Shown piece by piece: positions 8,213 through 16,599 of a stretch of DNA of 32,000 nucleotides. The stretch is from positions 301,016-333,015 of the forward strand of contig NZ_QFFY01000002.1 in NCBI RefSeq assembly GCF_003131205.1, in the 5' to 3' direction. This DNA comes from Occallatibacter savannae. GTDB lineage: Bacteria; Acidobacteriota; Terriglobia; Terriglobales; Acidobacteriaceae. A program made the translations under genes and the position numbers. The notes under the pieces were generated by a model. The model did not search any database. It was not told the DNA's origin and saw nothing but the letters and a program-made list of their open reading frames with translations. Position 1 is the stretch's first letter, and every line of letters begins with the position of its first letter.

Positions 8213-8280
8213 CACTACTCACTACTCACTACTCACTGAACACTGATCACAGACCACTGATCACAGACCACTGACTCACT
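8213..8280. repeat. 7-nt tandem tract, about 9.5 units ((CACTACT)x3 CACTGAA (CACTGAT CACAGAC)x2 CACTGAC ..)
   Basis: Exact 7-nt phasing. It lies in the divergent intergenic region and ends 6 nt before the GGAGGA upstream of the M24 peptidase ATG. Confidence 0.95.
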
Positions 8281-8294
8281 TCCCCTGGAGGACC

Positions 8295-9602
8295 ATGCCG
8301 CTTTCATCCGGCCTCTCGCGCCGCAACTTCCTCGCCGCCTCCGCCGCTGCTTTTGCTGCTCCCCATCTGCCCGCGCAATCTACCCCCACACAGCACCCCG
8401 CGATCCAGTCGCTCCCCAATCTTTCCGGCCAGGCGCGTCCCTTCACCAACGAGGAGCGCCAGGCGCGCATCGAGCGCGCCCGCGAGCTGATGACCCACAA
8501 CAATATCGACGCCATCGTCCTCGCCAACTCCACCAGCTCCTCCGTCTACTTCGCAAACCTCCATCTCTTCGGCGGCGAACGCCTGTGGGCTCTCGCCCTC
8601 TGCGCGAAATCGAAACCGTTTCTCGTCTGCCCCGCATTCGAGGAAGGCCGCGCGCACGAACTCCTCGCCTCGGGTCCTCTCGGCGGCGACTGCGACATCC
8701 TCACCTGGCAGGAAGATGAAAGCCCCTTCGCGCTCCTCGGCCACGGACTCACCGATCGCCATCTCGGCTCGGCCACCATCGGCCTTGACGAACACATGGC
8801 CTTCGTCTTCTCTGAAGGCATTCGCGCCGCCAACCCGCACCTCAAGCTCGTCTCCGCAACGCCCGTGACCGCTGGCTGCCGCATGATCAAGAGCGCGCAC
8901 GAGCTCGACTGCATGCGCCTCGCCTGCCGCGCCACTCTCCTCGTCTACCGTGCAGTCGCGCAATCCCTCCATCCCGGCATGACCACCGCCGACGTCCGCC
9001 AGCTCATCGACGCCGCTTATCGTCAAGTGGGGTTTGAAGGCGAGGCGAGCCTGAACGTCGACGCGTTTACGGCCGTTCCTCACGGCTCCCGCCAGCCGCA
9101 GACACTGCGGGAAGGCTCCATCCTCATGCTTGACGACGGATGCTCCGTCGAGGGCTACCAGTCCGACATCACCCGCACCTTCGTCCTCGGCAAGCCAACT
9201 TCCAAAATGCTCTCCGTCTTCGATCTCGTCCGCCGCGCGCAGACCGCAGCATTGCACACCGCGCGCCCCGGCGTTCCCGCTGCCGAGGTTGACGCCGCCG
9301 CGCGCAAGGTCATCACCGACGGCGGCTACGGCCCCGGGTTCAAGTTCTTCACGCACCGGGTCGGTCACGGCATCGGCCTTGACGGGCACGAGTGGCCCTA
9401 CTTCGTTCACAACAATATGTACGGCTGGGACCTGAACCCCAAGCTCGCAGCCGGCATGACGCTCAGCGATGAGCCCGGCATCTACATACCCGGCGAGTTC
9501 GGCATCCGCCTCGAAGACGACCTCGTCGTCACTGAGAACGGCGCTGAGCTCCTCACCCCGCAATGCCCCTCGCTCGAAGATCCCTTCGCCAACGTCAGCT
9601 AA
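8295..9602 (+). CDS. M24-family Xaa-Pro aminopeptidase/prolidase with Tat signal peptide
   Basis: Twin-arginine leader MPLSSGLSRRNFLAASAAAFAAP, creatinase/prolidase N-domain, M24 metal-ligand motifs HRVGHGIGLDGHE and SDEPGIYIPGEFGIRLEDD. Confidence 0.85.
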   Translation: MPLSSGLSRRNFLAASAAAFAAPHLPAQSTPTQHPAIQSLPNLSGQARPFTNEERQARIERARELMTHNNIDAIVLANSTSSSVYFANLHLFGGERLWALALCAKSKPFLVCPAFEEGRAHELLASGPLGGDCDILTWQEDESPFALLGHGLTDRHLGSATIGLDEHMAFVFSEGIRAANPHLKLVSATPVTAGCRMIKSAHELDCMRLACRATLLVYRAVAQSLHPGMTTADVRQLIDAAYRQVGFEGEASLNVDAFTAVPHGSRQPQTLREGSILMLDDGCSVEGYQSDITRTFVLGKPTSKMLSVFDLVRRAQTAALHTARPGVPAAEVDAAARKVITDGGYGPGFKFFTHRVGHGIGLDGHEWPYFVHNNMYGWDLNPKLAAGMTLSDEPGIYIPGEFGIRLEDDLVVTENGAELLTPQCPSLEDPFANVS

Positions 9603-9608
9603 GAACTG

Positions 9609-9665
9609 TGTCATTTCGACCGGAGGTCGCAGAGCGACCGAAGTGGAGAAACCTGCAGTTGCCTT
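9609..9665. repeat. Short palindromic intergenic element (REP-like) downstream of the M24 peptidase gene
   Basis: gtcatttcgaccggaGGTCGCagaGCGACCgaagtggagaaacctgcagttgcc has a perfect 6-bp stem at 9625-9639 and outer TTTC/GAAA pairing. It resembles a repeat type I recall from Acidobacteriaceae intergenic regions (translates as VIST...VEKPAV). Confidence 0.45.
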
Positions 9666-9798
9666 TTGATCTCTAGCCAGACACTCTCTCGGCTGCCGAG
9701 AACAAATCCCGGCCCGTCGGAGCGCAGCTTCGAAATCACCTATCAGCCTTCAATCCGCTGTCGATTCAACCTCACGCTTCCCGCCCTCACCATTTACG

Positions 9799-12393
9799 AT
9801 GGTCTGTTTTCCAGCGAGAGGCGCAACCATAAACTCAAGAACAATCCATCCCGATCCCACACTCACCCGCCGCGATGTTCTCCAGGGAGTCGCCGGCCTC
9901 ACCGCTGCCTCTCTTCTCCGCGCCGAATCGAAACACGCGCAGAAACAATCCGCCTGGCCCTCTGACGACGAACTCGCCACGATCCTCAAGAACCGCCTTC
10001 TCCCGTTCACCAGCGACTGGCGCTTCCACCGCGGCGACATCACCGGAGCTGAGGCGCCCTCCTTCGACGACTCCGCCTGGCGCACCCTCGACGTCCCGCA
10101 CGACTGGAGCATTGAAGACCTTCCTTCGCCATCCGACTCCGGTGAAGCCGCGATCTGGAGCGAAGGCACCAACCCGCTCCGTATTGGCCCGTTCGACGCC
10201 TACCAGAGCGAAGGCCAGATCGCCACCGGCTGGACCGTCGGCGGCATCGGCTGGTATCGCAAGTCCTTCCAGGCACCCAGTCCAAAACCTGGAAGAGCGG
10301 AACTCAGGTTCGAAGGCGTCTATATGAACTCCGGCGTCTGGATCAACGGAACCCACCTCGGCAATCACCCCTACGGCTACACACCGTTCGCCTACGACCT
10401 CACGCCTCATCTGAAAGAGGGAACTAACGTCATCGCCGTTCGCGTCAACAACACCGGCAAAAACAGCCGCTGGTACTCCGGATCCGGCATCTTCCGCAAA
10501 GTCTGGCTCGCCATCAACAGCGACCTCCGCATACCCGAGTACGGCGTCTCCATCACCACACCCGAAGCGTCCAAAGCCGTAGCCACCGTCAACATCGCCG
10601 TCACCGTCGAAAACGCCTCCGCAGCAGCCAGGCGCGCCATCGCCCGCGTTCGCCTGCTCGACGCATCCGGCGCCACCGCCGCCGAATCTCAATCACCGCT
10701 GACCATCCCCGCGAGCAATACTGCAAGCGCAACCTGCGAGTTGCACGTTTCTAACCCGCATCTCTGGTCCCCGGCCAACCCCCACCTCTATCGCGCCGAA
10801 ATCCTCATCGAATCCGACCGCAAACCCGGCGACGCCACGACCCTCAACATTGGAATCCGCAAAATCGAGATCGACGCGGCACAGGGCCTTCGCATCAACG
10901 GCGAACCCCTGAAACTCCAGGGAGGCTGCGTCCATCACGACAACGGTCCCCTCGGCGCCGCCTGCATTCCACGCGCCGAGGAACGCCGCGTCGAGATCCT
11001 CAAGGCCAACGGCTATAACGCTATCCGCACCAGCCACAACCCGCCCTCACGCGACTTCCTCGATGCCTGCGATCGTCTCGGCATGCTCGTTATCGACGAA
11101 GCCTTTGACTGCTGGGAGGCCGGCAACAAAAACCCGCAGGACTATCACCTCTACTTCAAGGATTGGTGGCAGCGCGATCTCGAAAGCATGATCCTCCGCG
11201 ATCGAAACCACCCCTCCGTCATCCTCTGGAGCATCGGCAACGAGATCAACGAGCGCGCTGAACCCCACGGCGTCGAAATCGGCAAAGCCCTCGCCGCCCT
11301 CTGCCACAAGCTCGACCCCACTCGCAAAGTCACCGCCGCCATCTGCCACGCATGGGACCATCCCGGCCAGACTTGGGCCGACATGCAGCCCGCTTTCACC
11401 TACCTCGACGTGGGCGGTTACAACTACCAGTGGCCGCAGTACGAGAAGGACCACGCCAAATACCCCGACCGCACCATGGCCGGCACCGAATCCTTCCCCA
11501 ACCAGGCCTACGAGAACTGGCGTGCCGTCGAAGCCAATAGCTACGTTCTCGGCGACTTCGTCTGGACCGCGATCGACTACCTCGGCGAGTCCGGCATCGG
11601 CCACGCCAGCATTGCCAGCGGCCAGTCGCACGACGTCTTCTCGCCGCCCTACCCGTGGTTCAATTCCTACTGCGGCGACATCGACCTCATCGGCAACAAG
11701 AAACCCCAGTCCTACTTCCGCGACGTCGTCTGGCATCGCAGCAAAATCGAAATGGCTGTTCAGCGTCCTATCCCCACCGGCTACACCGAACACATCAGCA
11801 TGTGGGGCTGGAGCGACGAACTCCGCAGCTGGACCTGGCCGGGCTTCGAAAACACGCCCATGCACGTCCGCGTCTACACCCGCGGCGACAAGGTAAGGCT
11901 CCTCCTCAACGACAAAGAAGTCGGATCGAAAAACCTCACAGAAAATGACGCGCTCAAAGCCGAATTCACCGTCCCCTACGCCCCCGGGGAACTCAAGGCC
12001 ATCGGCTACGAGGGCGATAGGGAACTGGGCACAGTTTCCTTCGGCACCACCGGCACGGCCCACAAACTCTTGCTCACTCCCGACAAGCCAAAGCTCACGG
12101 CCTCGCGCGACGAGCTCAGCTACGTCATGGTGCAGATCGTCGACGAGCAGGGCCGCCCGCTCCCCGATGCCGTTGTCCCCGTGACCTTCACCCTGACCGG
12201 CTCAGCAGAAATCGCGGCCGTCGCCAGCGCCAATCCCAAAGACGTCGCCAGCTTCCGCCAGCCGCATCACAGAACCTTCCACGGCGCATGCGTTGCCATA
12301 ATCCGCCCCAAAGGAAACGCCGGAACCGCCGAGCTCCGCGCCGAATCTCCAGATCTTCAACCTGCCACCACGACCCTGGAGATCACTGCATAA
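9799..12393 (+). CDS. GH2 family glycoside hydrolase (beta-galactosidase-like) with Tat-type leader
   Basis: TRRDVLQGVAGLTAASLL leader. GH2 motifs are present: WYRKSF, NHPYGYTPFAYDLT, SGIFRKVWL, IRTSHNPPSRDFLDACDRLGMLVIDEAFD, RDRNHPSVILWSIGNE. There is a C-terminal DUF4982-like region. Confidence 0.88.
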   Translation: MVCFPARGATINSRTIHPDPTLTRRDVLQGVAGLTAASLLRAESKHAQKQSAWPSDDELATILKNRLLPFTSDWRFHRGDITGAEAPSFDDSAWRTLDVPHDWSIEDLPSPSDSGEAAIWSEGTNPLRIGPFDAYQSEGQIATGWTVGGIGWYRKSFQAPSPKPGRAELRFEGVYMNSGVWINGTHLGNHPYGYTPFAYDLTPHLKEGTNVIAVRVNNTGKNSRWYSGSGIFRKVWLAINSDLRIPEYGVSITTPEASKAVATVNIAVTVENASAAARRAIARVRLLDASGATAAESQSPLTIPASNTASATCELHVSNPHLWSPANPHLYRAEILIESDRKPGDATTLNIGIRKIEIDAAQGLRINGEPLKLQGGCVHHDNGPLGAACIPRAEERRVEILKANGYNAIRTSHNPPSRDFLDACDRLGMLVIDEAFDCWEAGNKNPQDYHLYFKDWWQRDLESMILRDRNHPSVILWSIGNEINERAEPHGVEIGKALAALCHKLDPTRKVTAAICHAWDHPGQTWADMQPAFTYLDVGGYNYQWPQYEKDHAKYPDRTMAGTESFPNQAYENWRAVEANSYVLGDFVWTAIDYLGESGIGHASIASGQSHDVFSPPYPWFNSYCGDIDLIGNKKPQSYFRDVVWHRSKIEMAVQRPIPTGYTEHISMWGWSDELRSWTWPGFENTPMHVRVYTRGDKVRLLLNDKEVGSKNLTENDALKAEFTVPYAPGELKAIGYEGDRELGTVSFGTTGTAHKLLLTPDKPKLTASRDELSYVMVQIVDEQGRPLPDAVVPVTFTLTGSAEIAAVASANPKDVASFRQPHHRTFHGACVAIIRPKGNAGTAELRAESPDLQPATTTLEITA

Positions 12394-12494
12394 AACTCAG
12401 GCTCCATCAACATGACTTTCGCATCGAGAAAAACCCAGCACCAAAAGTGTCCCGGTTTCTTCGAGAGACGAAATAGGGGCGATACACTGGCAGC

Positions 12495-12863
12495 ATGTCG
12501 CCTTGGATCGCTTTTATCGTTGTCATGGTTCTTGCGCTCGCCTATCTCTACATGAAGCGCTCCGGCCAGGTTTCTTCAAAAGAGGCCGTCGAATATCTCA
12601 GAAACGGCGCCATGCTCATCGACGTGAGAAGCGCGCAGGAATTCGAATCAGGCCACATCCTCCAGGCCTACAACATGCCCCTTGATCGAGTGGATGTCCT
12701 GGTCCCAACCGCCGTGAAGGACAAAAACAAAGTCCTGCTCCTGCACTGCGCCACCGGCGTTCGTAGCGGCTTGGCGAAGAAGAAGCTCGAGGAGATCGGC
12801 TACAAAAACGTCTTCAATCTCGGTTCCTACGATCGCGCCAGCCAAATCGTCTTGGAAAAGTGA
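12495..12863 (+). CDS. Membrane-anchored single-domain rhodanese (sulfurtransferase)
   Basis: N-terminal TM helix WIAFIVVMVLALAYLY. Rhodanese motifs LIDVRSAQEFESGHI and active-site loop HCATGVRS. Confidence 0.85.
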   Translation: MSPWIAFIVVMVLALAYLYMKRSGQVSSKEAVEYLRNGAMLIDVRSAQEFESGHILQAYNMPLDRVDVLVPTAVKDKNKVLLLHCATGVRSGLAKKKLEEIGYKNVFNLGSYDRASQIVLEK

Positions 12864-12903
12864 GCGACGCTAAAGCTGATGTCTCGTCCCCGCGTCCCTC
12901 GTC

Positions 12904-15086
12904 CTAATCCCTGCTTTTCCCCACTTCTACCAGCACTGAATAAAACGTCGGCGCCGCCCCAATATCCGTCAGCCGCTCGCTCGTCAGCGCATTGATATTC
13001 ACGCCGCCCTCGCTCAACTTCGCCCAGTCCAGCCGCGCCGCTACCACGCCCCGCGGAACCGCCCCATCCACCAGCGCCGTCAACCTGATCTCTCCGCGAT
13101 CGTTCCACACCCGAACCGCGTCCCCATCCGCAATCCCCCGCGCCTTCGCATCTTCCGGATGCATCTCCAGCCGCTGCGTCGTCCGCGCCTCCATCTTCCG
13201 GTGTCCTTCCAGATTCGCGAACGTCGAGTTCATGTAGTTGTCCGCCTTGCGCCCCAGCAGCTCCAGCGGATACTGCTTCGCCGCTTCCGTCCATCGCGAC
13301 TCCGCCGGCGCCACATACCCCGGCAGCCCATCCTGCCCAGCCGCCGCGAGCGCCTCCGAATAGAACTCCACCTTCCCCGACGGCGTCGGCAGATCGCCTT
13401 CCGTATACGGCATGAACGGCCGCCCCTCCGGATCGCGATAGAACCCCAGCGGAATATGTCCCTTCTCCTCCAGGTCCTCCACGCTGATGTGTTCCATCCC
13501 CTTGTTCTTCGACTGCCCATCCAGGCCGATCGCCAGCGCCTGCCGGATCATCTGCTCCTCGGTATCCCTGAAGCACTGCTCCGTGAACCCCATACGCTGC
13601 GCCAGCTCGCCAAACAGCCGCACGTTTTGCCGCGACTCCCCCAGCGGCTCAATCGCCTTGTTCGACTTCTGCACGAAGTAGTGCCCATACGCGCCCTGAA
13701 TATCGTCGTGCTCCAGAAACGTCGTCGCCGGCAGCACATAATCCGCATAATCCGTCGTGTCATTGAAGAACAAATCGTGCACCACCGTGAACAGATTCTC
13801 GCGCGCCAGCCCCTTCTTCACCGCGTTATGATTCGGCGCGACCGCACCCGGGTTCGAGTTGTACACAAACAGCGCCTTCACCGCCGGCCCGCCGCTCAAC
13901 ACCCCAACATCCCCGGCCTCAGCATTCAGCGCCTTGCCCAGGAGCGACATGTTCACCACGCGCGCCGGCCTGCCGATCGGCGAATCCAGCGCCAGGTCCA
14001 TCCGCTCCAGCTCCCGCTTGTTCCACTGGAAAGCCCCCGACGTCGAGAGCCACCCGCCTCCGCCGCGATACTTCCATGCGCCCGTCAACGCCGGCAGCAT
14101 CGCGATCGCCCTTGTCGCCGCCCCGCCGTTATCGCACCGCTGCATGCCGTAGTTCAGCCGAATCGCCGCCGGCCGCGTCGTCGCATATTCACGCGCCAGC
14201 GCCTCGATCTCCGCCGCGCTCAGACCAGTCCACTCCGCAACGCGCTCCGGCGTGTACTCGCGCGCCCTCTCCGCCAGCCGCTCGAACCCATGCGTCATCT
14301 CCGCGATATATGCGCGATCCTCCAACCCCTCGCGCAAAATCACGTGCATCATCCCCAGCGCCAGCGCCACATCTGTCCCCGGCCTGATCGCAATATGCCA
14401 GTCCGCCAGCGCCGCCGTCCGCGTCTTATACGGATCGATCACCACCAGCCGCGCCCCATTCCGCCGCGCCTGCTCCACCATCGGCCACAGGTGGATATTG
14501 TTCCCGTGGATATTCGCGCCCCACGCAATGATCAACTTCGCCAGCCTGAAGTCCTCCGCCGGCGTCCCCAGCTTCTTCCCATAACAAAATTCCACGCCTG
14601 CCCACCGGCCTCCGCGCAGATGGTCCTGTCCAGCTGGCTCCCTCCCAGCCGGTGAAAGAACCTGCGGTCCATCGACCCATACCCCAGCACGCCCATCGTC
14701 CCCGCGTAGCTGTACGGCAAAATCGACTCCGGCCCAAACTCATCGCTGATCTGCTGCAGCCTCGCTGCAATCGCATCCAGCGCCTCATCCCAGCTCACCC
14801 GCTCAAACGCCTCGTGCTCGCGTCCTCTCACCAGAGGGCCCTTCCCCACTCCCGCCTTGCGCCTCAGCGGATAAAGGATGCGATCCGGCGAATACACCCG
14901 GTCCAGGTACTTCGCCACCTTCCCGCACAGAAATCCCTGCGTCACCGGCTGGCTCGCATCGCCCTGCACCTTGATTGCCTTCCCGGTGTCATCCACCGTC
15001 GCCAGCACTGCGCACGAGTCCGGGCAATCATGCGAACACACCGTATGCACTACGCGAAAAGGAGAAGTCTCAGCTGTCGCGGCCAT
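12904..15086 (-). pseudogene. Molybdopterin (bis-MGD) oxidoreductase, DMSO-reductase superfamily, split by a 1-nt frameshift
   Basis: The N-terminal ORF (14532..15086/15110) carries the 4Fe-4S motif CSHDCPDSC...C. The C-terminal ORF (12904..14595) continues the same family (IIAWGANI..., VVIDPYKTR, C-terminal beta-barrel domain MHPEDAKARGIADGD). The two frames overlap at 14532-14595 and join sensibly at ..AGGQAWNF/CYGKKLGT. Confidence 0.75.
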
Positions 15087-15136
15087 AGCGTCATTGTAAG
15101 CTGATTGCACATTTCCGCTTCCCCGGGAGCCCCCGC

Positions 15137-15613
15137 ATGAAACGCGCCGTCACCGCCATCTGCCTCGCCCTGTTCTGCCTTGCACTCCGCCCGGCCGCGG
15201 ACGCTCAAACCTCATCCGCTCCCGCCTCCGACGAAGCCCAGATCCGCGCCGCCATCCAGTCCCAGACCGACGCCTGGAACCGCGCCGACATCCCCGCCTT
15301 CATGCAGACCTACGAAGACTCCGCCGACACGACCTTCATCGGACAAACCCTCCGCAAGGGCTACAAGCCCATCCTCGAGCGCTACCAGAAGAGCTACACC
15401 ACGCGCGCGCAGATGGGCACCCTCACCTTCTCCGACATCGACATCCGCCTCCTGCCTTCCGGCTGCGGAAAGTCCGAAATCGCCCTCGTCACCGGCAAGT
15501 TCCACCTCAACCGCACCGAGCACGGCGCCGCTACGAAAGACGACGGCATCTTCTCCCTGGTCTGGCGCAAAGGCCCCCACGGCTGGAAAATCATCCTCGA
15601 CCACACCAGCTGA
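15137..15613 (+). CDS. Secreted NTF2-like (DUF4440/SnoaL-type) protein
   Basis: Signal peptide MKRAVTAICLALFCLALRPAADAQ. The IRAAIQSQTDAWNRADIPAFMQTY motif is typical of DUF4440. Ends ..GWKIILDHTS. Confidence 0.8.
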   Translation: MKRAVTAICLALFCLALRPAADAQTSSAPASDEAQIRAAIQSQTDAWNRADIPAFMQTYEDSADTTFIGQTLRKGYKPILERYQKSYTTRAQMGTLTFSDIDIRLLPSGCGKSEIALVTGKFHLNRTEHGAATKDDGIFSLVWRKGPHGWKIILDHTS

Positions 15614-15634
15614 ACGTAGTTCTAATCTCGGATA

Positions 15635-15898
15635 ATGAACGAACGTATGACAGCCATTCACCTCTCTGGAGGAGTCGTTCATGACCTTCCGCCTGATCTC
15701 AGGAAGGCGCTCGCATCGGACGCAAAGGCTCGGGCTGCCTGGGAAGACATAACCCCGCTCGCACGGAACGAGTGGATATGCTGGACCATCTCGGTCAAAC
15801 GAGATGACACGAGGCGGCAGCACGTCGAACGGGTGTGCTCAGAGCTAAAAGAAGGAATGCGGCGGCCATGCTGCTGGCCCGGCTGCCCGCATCGATGA
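15635..15898 (+). CDS. YdeI/OmpD-associated family protein
   Basis: DLPPDLRKALASDAKARAAWEDITPLARNEWICWTISVKRDDTRRQHVERV plus C-terminal RRPCCWPGCPHR, a pattern I recall for this family. An alternative start is at 15647. Confidence 0.7.
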   Translation: MNERMTAIHLSGGVVHDLPPDLRKALASDAKARAAWEDITPLARNEWICWTISVKRDDTRRQHVERVCSELKEGMRRPCCWPGCPHR

Positions 15899-15977
15899 GC
15901 CATCCGGCCGGTTTTAGAAAGTAATGTCCCTATTGCGGACAATCCCCCCGCAACAGCCGTTTCTCTGGACCCTACGG

Positions 15978-16346
15978 CTATTCAAAGCGTGGCCTCAGCA
16001 ATTGAATCACTGCGTTCAACAGAAGGAGTGCAGCACCAAACGTGGCGAATCCTAGGTTATAGGTGCACTGGCGCAGACTTGATTTATTGTGATGAAACGG
16101 ACCAGCGCACAGAATGATCGCGAGGCCCAGAAGCGATAGATAGAACAAGAGGCCGATCCGCGGCCACTTCAGACAGGAAATTGCCGCAATCCAGAGAAAG
16201 AGCGGAGCATAGATGGACACATGAGATATGAAGCTCTCGCGCCCCGAAAAGACGAGCACCGAAAGCAATGCCAAAATGCCGTTGAACGCGCTTGCTGCGG
16301 TAGCGACCAACACGAGCGCCCAATTTAGCTCGGAATTCGAGGACAT
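15978..16346 (-). CDS. Hypothetical integral membrane protein (about 4 TM helices)
   Basis: 122-aa ORF with four hydrophobic segments. It lies in a lower-GC region. No SD is seen and no family is recognised. Confidence 0.5.
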   Translation of the reverse strand: MSSNSELNWALVLVATAASAFNGILALLSVLVFSGRESFISHVSIYAPLFLWIAAISCLKWPRIGLLFYLSLLGLAIILCAGPFHHNKSSLRQCTYNLGFATFGAALLLLNAVIQLLRPRFE

Positions 16347-16599
16347 ACTCTGCTGGACCGAATCGATCGATTTATTGTGATTCGTCAGTCTACATGAGCT
16401 GTCGGTTTCCCGGGCGAGTCACCGCGCATGCGGACGTTTTTCGTGCAAAACCCGAAGATGGAATAGGCCTCGCGTATACGAAAATCAGATTCCGTACTGT
16501 CGGCCAGCCATTCCGAAATTCCGTTCACGACCTTTGCTACACACCCAACGATATACTTGCATCGATTTTCGTCTCGACAAACAACGTACCGAGTAAGAA

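Noticed and set aside
7553-8280. The heptad tracts considered as a CRISPR array or as coding repeats.
   Set aside because: A 7-nt period with no spacers is incompatible with CRISPR. The + strand is closed by TGA in all frames, and the minus-strand ORF across tract 3 (7552..7818) is an artefact that overlaps the real NTF2-like gene.
9643-9653. Short exact repeats between distant sites: GTGGAGAAACC (9643 on the plus strand, about 23088 on the minus strand) and ATGCACCTTCAG (20097 and 22642).
   Set aside because: By my estimate, tens of 11-12-mer coincidences are expected by chance among all position pairs in 32 kb, and the flanks do not align.
13845-13865. tRNA T-loop-like strings (GGTTCGA..), for example at about 13851, 10301 and 12641.
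   Set aside because: All lie inside confident CDSs, and no acceptor or anticodon stems can be drawn around them. No tRNA is present in the window.
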